From positions 13,375,432-13,439,431 of the forward strand of contig NC_092679.1 of the NCBI RefSeq assembly GCF_964355755.1: DNA of 64,000 nucleotides. Direction: 5' to 3'. The notes beneath the pieces are model-generated. The model saw only the letters and a list, made by a program, of their open reading frames with translations. It did no database searches and was not told the origin of the DNA. Positions within the stretch are counted from its first letter, which is position 1. Each line of letters opens with the position of its first letter. The DNA is from Antedon mediterranea (lineage: Eukaryota; Animalia; Echinodermata). The translations under genes and the position numbers were made by a program. Positions 41,163 through 55,200 of this stretch are shown one piece after another.

Positions 41163-44100
41163 AATGGCAACTCTAGTTCGCCGGAAATATCGGGCTACAG
41201 TAGCAAACAACAAAAACATAAACTGTAGCCTACAACACAGTGTTGCTTAATGGTATAATACTACACACAGAGAAAAGAAAATATGATCGTAATTGAACAC
41301 TGAATTCTTTCAAAGTTCGGAACGTCTGTAATTACTACGGAAATTCGGCCCAATTATACTACGGAAATACTTAAACATGTATTGTGCCTTTGACTAATTC
41401 CAACAAAATCTAAAAAAAAAATTTCGAAAAAAGGTGGGTCATTTTGAAATATCATAATAGTTATTAACTTTCACCAAACATTAGTCCAAAAAAAATCATT
41501 TAACTGAAATATAGACGTTTTTTTGTTTAAAAAATAACTTTGGCTTTCAGACAAAGTTTTTGATCAAAACATATCTCATAATGCAATGCGCTTGTTTGGC
41601 TACTCTGTATGCATAATCATAAAACTTCCTCGCGATCTGTGTGAAAACACCTTCTCAATCGTGACGAGTTGTAAACAATCCTAATTAGCATCATGCATAA
41701 TGCATACTCGTGGTTTGAAATCTTTGTTTACTTTCGCTCGCCACGATTTTCCAGACGAAATGTAATCAAATTAATTTACCTGTTAAATTACGTAAACTTG
41801 TTGTTTTTGGCTCGAATTTTCGACTTAAAGTGAATAACTTTAATATTACTTTGATATGACCAATTTAAATTTAGAATATTTTGACCTTCATTTTTTTGTG
41901 TTTCAAGGTATAATACATCTTTAAATGATGGGGAATCCCCGGCAAAATGCAATAATTATGGACAAATCAACGACCCATAGGACGGGGCTTTCCACGAACA
42001 AAGTGTGTGGCCTTTTGTCCTTCTCATAACGCACACAAGCAATTCAAACAGTCACAACTTCATTCGAAACATATCTAAAAAAAAAATATTATGCTGACGT
42101 TAATAGTTATTATGATTAAATGGGATCTAAATTTTAATTTAGTGACAGAAAAAAAAGTGTAGTATGAAATTACCAGGCAAATGGGGCAACAACACTTCTG
42201 CGTCCGCCCCTGATGGTATATAAAGTTGGTTCGTACTTTCGGTACTGATTTTAACCACCTGATGTAGGCCTAACCCTGTTTATTAAATTGAGTTAGATAA
42301 TTAAGTAGTGGTATACACTGTCTAATAGATGTCCATTTTGAAAAATACCCGCACACAATAATACGAGGATGATTTGCATTTACTATCTCCTACTACGATA
42401 ATTGTTTTTAACTAGAGGGTGAGCTCGCTTCACTCGCTCCCCCTCTAGGAAGTGTAGACGATGGTTCTCGGAATGATAATGTTCTCCTTATACATTTTCT
42501 GTCGGTTACCATTATTGAAAATGCTTGACATTCGTAAAACTGAACTACTTTGTTTCACAGTGTTTTAGATGATTAATAACATTTTAAAGTATAGTTTTTA
42601 TTGTTTGGTAGGGCCCTTTGGGGAGGCGGAGGTCATTTGAGGGAGGTGCTTATTCGAGGGATATATGTTAAATTTTTTAGTTCTATAATATGGTAACATT
42701 AATAATCAAATGAAATCCTCTCATAGATATGAAAAGTGGTAAAAAAGAATAACAAATGCTTGGTAAATTGCAGATAACAGTGCGGTGAATTCTACTACAA
42801 ATAGTATAATTGTGTTATTATAAATATGTGGATCGACGTTTATTAGATAGTTGGATTGTGGGGGGGGGGGGGGGTTATTATTCAAAGTGATGTTTTATTG
42901 GAGAGGCGTGTATTCAAATGAATACCATCCTAATAATTATTAATACATTATTTAATTTAATCATCTTTTGAAACTAACTGCCGTGACAGAGTGGGCCCAA
43001 GAAAGAAGACATTACGGCTTGCAACATGGGCATACATCTCGGTCCTAACGGGACACAGGAAGATAGCCTACAGTTATTCCTGCAAGCTTACTCAATAAAA
43101 CTCAGCTATCGGGATTTCACTCGAAAAATGTCTTATCAAATCTCCCTATGTAATTTTATAATACTATTCCCCACAATATATTCTGATTCTTTATGGCGTA
43201 TATTTAATTTGATCTTTATTAATTTGCAGTATAATTCCTATTATTTAACTACTGTACCTTCACACACATGTGGTATGTTTTAAAATAAACAAAAAACTGA
43301 AATGGCTATGATTAATGGCCAATTTTTTTTTCGTCTTCCAAAGGGACACTGTTGATTGATGGAAAGTGCCTGTTTCCAGTCACCTTTAGGGTCAAATCTA
43401 TTATTTTAACTGCTCCCTTGTGTATAAAAGAGAGAAAATATTTGAAACTAAGGTGAACTTATCTTAAACCCGGAAATTACTTTGACCGGGAAGAATTGAA
43501 ATTGAGAGGAAAATCCAATGTTGAAATCATAAATGTTGTTAAAAAAACTCTTTATAATATCTTCCTGAGATATAAATATGGAACAATAGCGTCGGCGTGC
43601 ACACTAATGTTATCAAATCTACGTTTCGCGGTACATCTCGGATAGATAAGGTAGGTATCCAAGGCGGAGATTTGTACCGAAGTTTTTGCATTGTGCTCGC
43701 CTATGTCAGAATTAACCATAATTTATATATAGATAGGTGAAAACCGGTTGAACAGCTAGAGTAGGCTACCGCATTATAATGTTAAAGATTTTTTCTTTAA
43801 AAAAATACTATTTTTGATAGATTTAATATACGTGTATACAAAATGTACGATGTGCATGGCGATAAATGGAACATTCAAATCTCTCTTCCACAAGTGTCTA
43901 TTCCCTCAAATAACCTATCAAAGTCTGATGTAATTAATCTTCATTTTTCATGTTTTTGGGGGACAATACATCTTTAGAAAAACATAACCTTATGTCCTTA
44001 TGTGACGTCATTAATTATCAAATTACAATCAACTTACATCAAAATAAAGAGACAATACTGGTACAAAAAAGATTTCACAAAAACAATTCACAAATTCTTT

Positions 44101-44412
44101 TTCGTTTGTCATAGGTGCCATATCTAAATAAGGGCAAAATTCACATACCAAAATGGTGAAATTTGCATTTGGGGGTGGGGGGGGGGGGGGTGTAAAATCA
44201 CACACATGTTACCATGGCAACCATTAATTTTCAAAAATATTTCAGTTTTGTTACATTCACCTAAAGTGTGATTAATTACCAAAGTATGAAGACAATTCAT
44301 TTTTTGGCATTTGGCCACTTTTTAATGAAATAGGTCGATATTTGTAGTCAACATCTCTTAAGTTTTATTTTATATAATTTTCGTTTCGACTTCTGGTGTT
44401 TGGTTATTATCT

Positions 44413-44460
44413 CTGCAATCAATGTTTACGATCTTTGATGCATTTAAGAGACCCGTACCA
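44413..44460 (+). promoter_or_regulatory. Conserved upstream block of HAO paralogues (GCAATCAATGTTTACGA)
   Basis: The same 17-mer occurs at 44415, 58416 and 63661. In A and B it lies ~130 bp before the ATG. Confidence 0.6.
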
Positions 44461-44542
44461 CCGGAGAAAAGAAATAGTTTCTTTAACAGACTTGCCATAC
44501 ATAAAACGTATTTTTTTTAGCTTTCATCTGTCCATAGAGACA

Positions 44543-47500
44543 ATGAATTCAATTCAAGACCAAGACTATGTTTGTTTAGATGATTTCCAAAAAGCTGCAA
44601 ATGAACAGTTACAAAGTTCATCATTCAACTATTTTGCAGACGGCTGTAACGAACAGTTTACATTGAAGGAAAACCGAGAGGCGTTTAAAAGGTATGTAAG
44701 GTTAGATACACTGTACTTACTAGCAATGGGTAAGAATTAGCTAAGATGGTTGTCAGACAAATCTTCTTATTAGTATCGAATCTTAACTTACATACTTTAC
44801 CTGTTAATAATGCAACCATTATTACATTTCATTTTAAAATACTAATTACTGCTTTACGTATGGGCTAGAAATATGAGGATGCCCGATGCCACACAATTCT
44901 GAAATAGGAAATAATGCCATTCGATTATGGTTACAAAAGTAATCTATGATTTTCAGATTAAAAAGTTATACAGGAGAAATGAAAATTGGTAGGCTTTGCA
45001 AGTAAAGAATTTACTGTTTGTATTGCACAGCACGTATAGGAGATGGTAAATGCTATTACAGAAATAACATTACTAAAGGGTATTGAAAAGGCAAACATTA
45101 AACTAAAGCATTGTCTACACTATCAAACTTTATTTGTCAAAAAAATGTGATGTGCCCATGGACATGATGATATCACATCACTACCATATTTAAGCATAGC
45201 TCTACCATGGGCACATCAAACTTTTTTGACACAGAAAGTTTGATAGTGTAGACAAGGCTTAACTTAAGTCTAAAATATACAAATCAAATCAAGTTTTAAA
45301 ATTAGAAGATTTTCATATAAATATACAGTTTAAACAAAGGTTAAGGTTAAGAATTATAGATCTTGAAAACGGAAAAGAAAGATGAATTAAAAGTTAAGAA
45401 CGAATTAATTAAGTTTGAAAATACAACTTCATTTTTCTTATACCAACCACATTGTAATTTTATTTATTATTAATTCATTTTAATTATTCATCAAATAAAA
45501 AAGTTTATATGGACCCGCAGAATAAATAATAGCTTTGAACTAATGAACTGTTACAATTACAATTGATAGAGGTAAAAAATAAAGGGTAAATTATACGAAC
45601 CGCTTTAGTTTGAATGGGCAAAAAAAGAGTGATCTTAGTTGTTTATGCTAGACCAATCATGGATTAAAGAATAGAAGGATATGCATCGACGTGAGATCAA
45701 GGGTTCCTTGACTCTCGCCGACAGACCGCGGACCGCCCACAATGTTACAGTTTAATTAACCGCATGGTAACAACGAAACGGTCGCGTGCCTAATATATTG
45801 TTTACTGCACATGTGCAACGACATTTAACCTTGTTGGCTACTACGCTTCTTTCGCGCGTTCTTTGGTGGCATGATGTTTGTAGATGGTCAACTATTGACT
45901 ATGTTGGTTTCTGCCGCGATTGATCTACGCTAATGATTTTTTTATGATGATTAAAGTAGCATTTTATGACCTGTAGTAGCCCTACATCTGAGACAATAAC
46001 TATTAGTTGTCTCATTTGTTGTAAAATTACAAAATCAGCAAGAATGCTAGCCTAGCTAGGCCCAGGCCTTGTACTAACTAGGCTAAACTGGGCTAGTAAA
46101 CCCTATGATTTGCCGACATTGATACTGCCTAGGTAGGCCTAGGCTAATCTTAAATACTCACCGTTGTCTTACTTCTTGTGTGAATAATAATAATAGGTAG
46201 GCCTACTTCGTTTGTTCGTGATCAAGTTTGCCCTGCGTGTACTTTTCAAAACGACCGCTAGGTAACGAATCGCAACTATACATAGCCAGCCAATCCCGGA
46301 TCAGGGATCGCTGTTTTCATTCAATTAGGCCCGGTGATTGGATGTGATGTGGATGACATAACCACTAGCCAATCACCAGGCACTACAGTTTAAATATAAT
46401 CACATCGATAATTAAGGAGATTTATGAAGAAACCACTGCTTAGCCATATATTAAAAAACACGATTGTTGTATGTCTGAACACCGGCCACGCTAACAACAT
46501 ACATGGTCAAATGCATAATTTAATATTCTATAGATTAACGCAATTTTTAATGACAGAAGATGGCAGGCAAATAATGATAATTCAAATATAAAAATGGCAT
46601 ATTTTATTAATATTACCAACTACCTAAAATTACCAGTCGTAAGAAAGTGAACTTTTCGTAGTCCGATTGTGATGAAACTAAAACAGAATTATTCAGCAAT
46701 ATATGTTTGTTATCAATTAATCATCGACGCAGACATGTCAATAGAACATTCAGACTGCGCATACGATTTCTACATGGTTACGTTTTGGTCTCAAAAAATG
46801 TAACAGTTGATTCGCAGCGTTTTACAGAGGGCCGCGGTTAGAGACACGGAGTTCAATGAACGTGTTTGTTTGATTGGCAGCAGTGCTTTAGTATAGGCAA
46901 GCGCGTTGTAAAATCGTTTGATGTCACCGTCGATGCATATCCTTCTATTCTTTAATCCATGGACCAATATAGTACATGGTGGCAAAACATAAACTCTGTC
47001 TACAATATCACACTTTAAAAGTGTGATAGTGTAGACAGAGCAAGTTTATGTGACAAGAAAAATGTGATGTGATCATAATAATGGACATGATGATGTCATA
47101 TTACTACCATATTTGGGTAGGTATATTACTTACTTATATTATACTTGTTTTCACGCTGCTGCTCTAGCCCGCTACGTCTCATTAGGACTACTCAATCAGA
47201 AGCAGCAGTTATAGTTCTAAGGACAGACCGTTTTGTAAAAATGGAAACTCCACTATGATTTATTGATTCCAGCTGCTACAGTAGACCCAAAAAACGGCTG
47301 TAGGACATGTCATGCTAAAATTACAAATCCCTAAGCATTTCTGGTATATTCACTGTCAGATATTCATTGAATTATTATCGAAACAGTCCATTTAAAGTTT
47401 GTGTTTGTAATAGGATACTTCACAATTGAAATATCTAGGGTGATGAAGTGACCCCCAGATTTGACCTTAGCAATAAAATTAACTAAAGTGACAGAAATTG

Positions 47501-50500
47501 AGTATTCACTTCTGTAACAAAAAAGTAATATTTATTCACATATAAAAAATGAAAAGAAACCCAAAAACCATTGTCTGACAGACAATTTAAGTATTTGTTG
47601 CTTTAAATTACATTTTTTTCAGGTAAAATAACTATCTATTATGTGACAATAAAATGACACATTCAAAAACATTTGAAATAAAAAATATTTTTCAATAAAG
47701 CAAGCAGCGTTTTTTGTAAGAAATATTTCTTGTTCAAACTTGTTTGATAGTGTAGACAGGACTTTATTTGTGAATGAGTGTGAATACGTAAGCCTACAGA
47801 TATTTTGTTTACAGATACCGCATGCGACCGAAGCTTCTTCGAGATGTATCCAATATAGATTTAAGCACAACGATACTGGGTGAGCGTATCTCTTGGCCAG
47901 TTTGTTTATCACCAACAGCTATTCAGAGACTGGCTGATTGTGATGAAGGCGAAGTTGCAACTGCTAGAGGTAAATTTAAAAAGTTTACAAGAATAAAGAA
48001 GAACTAGGCTAGTCAATCTAGCATTTTGAGTGAAACAAATTGCAAACAGAGATTTTTTTTTAAATGGTTACATATGATAAGGTGATTATTTTTTGAGCAT
48101 CACACCTCTGACACTCATCCCGAAGGTATGCAAATTAGCTTAAATATGCAAATTAGGGTGAAATTACAGGGTTACCATATCTTAAAAACTACTAATCGTA
48201 GAGAGTTCATTTTTGCACAGTCTGGTTCAGAATATATATATTTATATTTGCTCTAATGAGACATTTTACATAAAAATGTCCGGAAGTACCAAATTTTGAC
48301 CCTTGACCCCATTTCTCAATATTTACATAAATATGTGATTAAAATGTCTGTAGAGACTTTATTTTGGACTCAATGACTTGGATATTGTTTTTCAATACCC
48401 ACCATAGAACTGTATTATAATTCCTAAAATCACAATTTCGTCATGCACCTCGAAAGTATGCAAATTAGTAGTACAAGTAATATTAAATATGCAAATTAGG
48501 GAGTGAAATTACAGCGTTGCCATATCTCGAAAACCGCTAATGCTAGAGTGTTGATTTTTTCACTAAAATATTTAAAATGTATATATTTATATTTGCTGTA
48601 ATGAGACATTTTACAAAAAAATGCCCGGAACTATGACATTTGACCCTCGACCCCATTTCTCAATATTGCATATATAATGAAAACTAAAATGTCTGTAGAG
48701 ACTTTGTTTTGCCCTCAAATGACTCGGATACAGGTTTCTAATAGCCAACATAGGAATGTTTAGTAAATCTCAAAATCACACCTGTATCACTCGCCTTCAA
48801 AGTATGCAAATTATTAGTACAAGTTACATGAAATATGCAAATTAGGGGGTGAAATTACAGTCTTCCCATATCTCAAAAACCATTAATGCTAGAGAGTTGA
48901 TTTGAATTCAGAGTTGATTCAGAATGTACATATTATTTATATTCGCTGTAATGAAACATTTTACGCAAAAATTGTCATGATTGAATTATGACATTTGACC
49001 CTTGACCCTATTTCTCAATATTTTCATATAATTCAACTAAAATATCTGTACAGACTGTTTTGGCCTCAAATGACTCAGATACAGGTTTTCTATAGCCAGC
49101 ATAGAACTGTTAGTAATTCTCAAAATCACACCTTTGTTACTTCCCTAGAAAATATGCAAATTAGTAGTACAAGAGGTGAAAGTTGCCATATCTCTATCGG
49201 TCATTAGCGTTTTTCGAGATACATAAGGCTGTAATTTGCATATTTCATATAACTTGTACTAATAATTGGCATACTTTCGAGTTGCTTGACTTTTTGGAAT
49301 TACTAAACGATCCTATACTGGCTATATAAAACCTGTATCCAAGTCATTTGAGGCCAAAACAAAGTCTGTACATACATTTTAGTTACATTATATGCAAATA
49401 TTGAGAAATAGGTTCGAGGGTCAAATGTCATACTTTCGATAATTTTTTTTTCAATAATGACCCAGATACAGGTTTTCTATAGCCAGCATAGAACTGTTTA
49501 GTAATTCTCAAAATCACACCTCTGTTACTTCGCTTGAAAGTATGCAAATCAGTAGTACTAGAAAGTTGCCATATCTCTCTCTCTCTCTCGGTCATTAGCG
49601 TTTTCGAGATACATAAGGCAATTCACTGTAATTTGCATATTTCATATAGCTTGTACTACTAATTTGCATCCTTTCGAGGTGCTTGACTTATACTGGCTAT
49701 ATAAAACCTGTATCCGAGTCATTTGAGGCTAAAACAATGTCTGTACATACATTTTAGTTGCATTATGCAAATATTGAGAAATAATAATAATAATATCCTG
49801 GATTATAGCGCCTAATGTTGTGAAACCTCTAAGCGCTGTACATAAACTAATACGAAAAAGGGGAATTCCAACCATGCCAAAATGAAGGCGTGATTTTGGG
49901 AATTACAAAGCGGTCCTATGCTGACTATAGGAAACATGTATCCGAGTTATTTGAGTCCAAAACAAAGTCTCTACAGACATTTTAGTCGCATTATGTATGC
50001 AAACATTGATAAATGGGGTCGAGGGTCAATTGTTGTATTTCCGGTCATTTTTTCGTAAAATGTTTCATTAGAGTAAATATAAATATGTACATTCTGAACA
50101 AGTTATTGAAAAAATCAACTCTCTACCTTAGTGGTTTTCGATATATAGGAACCTTTAATTTCACCCTCTAATTTGCATATTTCATGTAACTTGTACTAAT
50201 AATTTGCATACTTTGGAGGTGAGTGATACAGGTGTGATTTTGAGATCTACTAAACAGTCCTATGTTGGCTATTAGAAACCTGTATCGGAGTCATTTGAGG
50301 GCAAAACAAAGTCTCTACAGACATTTTAGTTTCATTTATATATGCAATATTGAGAAATGGGGTCGAGGGTCAAATGTCATACTTCCGGTCAATTTTTTGT
50401 AAAATGTTTCATTGGAGCAAATAAAAATATGTACATTTTGAATACGGCTGTGAAAAAATCAGCTCTCTAGCATTAGTGGTTTTCGAGATATAGGACAACT

Positions 50501-52208
50501 GTAATTTTTTCCCCTTATTTGCATATTTTATTTAAATTGTACTACTAATTTGCATACTTTCGAGGTGTGTGACAAAGGTGTGATTTTGGGAATTACAAAG
50601 TGATCCTATGCTGGTTATTAGGAACCTATGTCTGGGTCATTTGAGGGCAAAATAAAGTCTCTACAGACATTTTAGTCACATTGTATAATATGCAAACATT
50701 GGGAAATGGGGTCGAAGGTCAAATGTTGTACTTCCGGTCATTTTTTCGTAAAATGTTTCATTAGAGTAAATATAAATATATACATTTTGAATAGATCAGT
50801 GAAAATATCAACTCTCTCGGACTAGTAGTTTTTGAGATATGGTAACCCTGTAATTTACCCCTAATTTGCATATTTTAAGCTAATTTGCATATCATCGGGA
50901 TGAGTGACAGAGGTGTGATGCTCAAATTTTGATCTCCTCATCATATATGACCATTTAAAAAAGAAAAATCTCTGTTTGCAATTTGTTTCACTTTGGGCTG
51001 TTTTTTTTTGCTAGATTGACTAGCCTAAACGGATAGCTGATTAATTTAGAAAGTCGTGACCTATATTTTCATTATAAAATTATGTAAATTAAACACATAA
51101 ACGTTTGCAGTGCAGCTTATAAATCGGTAACATAGGTATAATACTCAAAATTAACTTTCAGTTTAATTTGCCTTTAGATTTATTATATACATCAAATGTC
51201 AAGAGCAGTTTATCTGATTTGTCATTAACTTTTATTTTGTGACCCTAAAAGTATAAAAACTCTATTACTGTTCAAAATGCTGGTATGTTGTTTTTAAATA
51301 CGTTTTACGTGTGGTAACCATGCTTTTTGTATACTTCACGATTCTTTATTTCTTGAAAGGGCAAACTTTACATAATATTATCTTATAGCTGCGACTTCTG
51401 TCGGATCTGTGATGACACTAAGTTGTCTATCAACACGTACAATAGAAGACGTAGCAGCTGCCACACCTCATGGTGTTCGATGGATGCAGGTGCAATTTCT
51501 TAATCCTCGAAAACAACTGGAGAATCTCATTGAACGGGCTGAACAGTCTGGATACACGGCGTTAGTTGTAACTGTTGATCAACCAATCCGTGGAAAGAAA
51601 TACAATTTCACGAAAGACTATAATGCGTCCTTGTTAACATTCACTGGTCATGCAAAGTTAGTAGGCCTACTTTATTTTTTCATAAGTAATGTCATTATCA
51701 TTTGTCAATCTTGCGGGATGTAAATGTCTGCCATTCGGATAATATTTAATAGCAGTGCAAACTATTAGTTTCGGCTACTTTTTTCACTTTTCTTCTGTAT
51801 TACTAAAGCTATTACCAACAATTCAACAAACTTATGAAAAAAAGAGTATTACATAAAGTTAAAATGATTACGAATGACCATACACACCCACTAAATAAGT
51901 ACTACGTTTTAAACAGATCGGGTATCAGGCTACGTCCACTAAGAGGAGATCATGATCGTCTTCGAAAGTCATTTGTTCTAAAGTTTTACCATTCATATAA
52001 CCTATATGTAACGCTGCATTTTTAGAATTATATATATATATGCATTGCACTGATGAAGGGCTAGTGTTGCTCGAAAGCTCTGCTAACCTTTCTGGCTGTT
52101 TTACTTTATCGTTTTGATTTAGCTTTTCGCTTTTTATTTTGTATCTCAATTGAGATCCAGCCACTTATACACACAGCATTGTCATTTTTTTCAGTTATTT
52201 GCCTTTGG

Positions 52209-52286
<78 letters not shown>

Positions 52287-55200
52287 ACAACAGGCATAGA
52301 AATAAATTCCAACCCGCCCGGTGATACACTGAAAATTATTTAATTAATTTTGAAACGATAAAGATGAGGAAATCTGTGAGAATGAGAAAAAGTCGCCCCA
52401 ATCAAGACTCGAACTCGGACCGTCTGCTTGATATGCAGTTGCCCTAACCATTAGACCACTGGGGCTTTCATGGTATTGTTCTTTAACTCGATTGGATAAC
52501 GACCCTTTAACATTCTCGGCGTGGTATAGTTGGAACACAACTAGTCCTCAGTTGTACGCACGCGCACCAGAGATCCAATTGATACGCCCTCATCTTTCAG
52601 TATTTTTATTCACGAGGCGGGATCTCCGAAGAGATACTTATATATATATAAACACATTAGGCAAAGAACATTAATTCTAAACCGCCCGGTGATATAGTGA
52701 AATTTAATTAATTAATTTGAAACGATAAAGATAAGGAAATCTGTGAGAATGAGAAAATCGCGCGCGCTTAACATTTTCAGAATTGTCAAAATTTATTTTA
52801 TATGAAATTAGAGTACGTTTCAGGCAATTTTAAGCGTTTACAAAAATTGCCATGAGTGCACAGATTTTTGCAGTTAAACGTTAATACGCACTCTTTTTGC
52901 CCGATTTCAGTTTTACAACCTTTTTTAAATAATATCATCATATTTGATTCACTTTTCAACTCAAAATTACGTTATACGAGTGACAGGCTACGCACGTGTA
53001 AGTTAACAAAATGGTAAAAATATGCTAAATTTAAAAATTAATATAGATCGTCAGAATGCTCGGGAACACCTATTTTGCATTTCAATTTCTTAAAGTGTAT
53101 CATGTGTATGATTTATTATGAAATTAAGAGAACAAAAGTTGATTAAGTCATCATTAATTGCATATTAAAGTTTCTTAAATAATTTCGACAATCAAACAAA
53201 TTATGGGCCGAAATAACAAATTTAACATTAACTTTCTTCCTTGTTCATATATTAAATTTAAAAGTATATAATTTGACAGTGCATCATTGTTTTTATATTT
53301 TTAAAGATGGTGTTTCTGATCTATACTGTATTTTTATCGCATTCGTTCTTAAATCTTGTTCTTGAGCAGCTAGTATGAAACCTTCTGTATCTTTCTTCAA
53401 AAAAACATTCCTAGGCCATCTCAAATAATCTCCATGTAGGGCTTTCTAGTTTGTATTTGAAAATGTTGGAATAAAGAGAATAATAACAATTGTAGGGCAC
53501 ATCATCATTTTAGCATGACTGTAGGTTAGATTGGAGTGTTTTTGTCAGTTTAATCGTGTTATTTGTTTGTATATTTTCAGGCCAGTTAATGTAGACTTGT
53601 CTGTCGGGGAGGTCGATTTTGACAACTCAGCAACCTGGCATGATATTAAATGGTTGAAATCTTTCACAAAATTACCATTGGTTCTTAAAGGCATAACAAC
53701 GAGTAAGAAGACTTTTGTTTTGTTCATTTTTTATCATTTTTGCTTGAGTAAAATCATAAACAGTGTGTATTGCTAATTGCGTTACCGGTCTTATATGCAG
53801 TTTTTTCTTATGATATCGGATAAAAAATCCTTATTATTAATAATCTTTTTCAACAAGGCGGCAATGAAAATGTAATACGTCTTATTGTTTACATGGCATT
53901 GGGCAAAGGCTCTTCTAAGGTTCTTGACATAGGAGGTAATATGGAACAATTACCATCTTCAGGTCAATGAAAGATATTCTTCTACTCGTATTTATTCAAA
54001 GGATCTTTGACTAAACGTCACGATCTAAAGGACGATCAATCTTTGTCTAATGCTTGTTTCCCACTAGAGACCCAAGCAATGAATTATTCGATTTTATTTA
54101 TTGACCAACTAAATGCGTTACGTTCTAGTTGGAACAAAACTACAGAACAAAGAGCACAGGGACACACTTTCTATATTATTACAATAGAAACACATACGCA
54201 CACGTATCCGTAAACATGTGAAATGCATTCAAAATCAGAATTCACGTACGGTAAAGGTATACGGTACGGCATTGATGTCAAGCTACACAGAATGTGTGAC
54301 GTAGATCGCGAGTTTTACCCATACGTATACGGATATGGAGGTTGCCCAAACTACATATTATATTAGTCATAATCTTAGTCTCTATGTGGTTTGCTATGAC
54401 CAATTATTTTTTAAGGTGACCAAGCCAAAAATGCAGTTGAATGTGGAGCTGATGCCATATTGGTCTCTAATCACGGCGGACGACAACTAGATTATCTTCC
54501 TGCAACTGTACGTAAAAATAAATAAAAACACACTCACGCGTCAATAACGCGTCATAAACATTTATTATTATTTATATTTACTTACAGTGCACTTCATAGT
54601 ATCTTATACATAAAAAAGTGCTTAATCTTTACGTTTCACTTTACTAGATTGATGCTTTACCAGAGGTTGTTGCTGCTGTTAAAGGTTCTGGTGTTGAGGT
54701 TTACATGGATGGTGGTGTAAGACATGGAACTGATGTTTTCAAGGCATTGGCCCGTGGAGCGAGAGCTGTTTTCATTGGTAGACCAATCATATGGGGCTTG
54801 TCATGTAAGGTATGTTTAACACAACCGAACAACAATTGTGAAGGTGACGTTTGAGCGTCGACTAACTTGCGATGATGATGATGATGCTAATTGAGTATTG
54901 ACTGTGACATTTTGGTGTTTACCATGATGATTGAAAATTGACTGTGACGTTGCGGATTGACCAAACGTTGGAGTTGAACCAGGGAAGAATGAAATTACAT
55001 TCTTCTCTGGTTGAACGTAATTGACATTGTATTAACATGTCATGGTTTACTACCTACTACTATCCTTTTAAGCAGTTATATTTAAGAGAACGGAAGCATT
55101 AGGAAACAGTTAGCATGCGAAAGCTTATACAACATATAGTTTACTAAGGCTGAACAAACTCGACTCGGACTGGGCATTCACATACCCCAAAGCACGTCTG

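Noticed and set aside
40626-42212. hAT-like element bounded by CAGTGGCGGA / TCCGCCCCTG
   Set aside because: No matching 8-bp TSD, so the ends may belong to different copies.
44208-44221. Perfect X-box palindrome GTTACCATGGCAAC upstream of HAO-A
   Set aside because: It lies within what looks like a dispersed repeat fragment, where ccatggcaac is common. There is no equivalent upstream of HAO-B.
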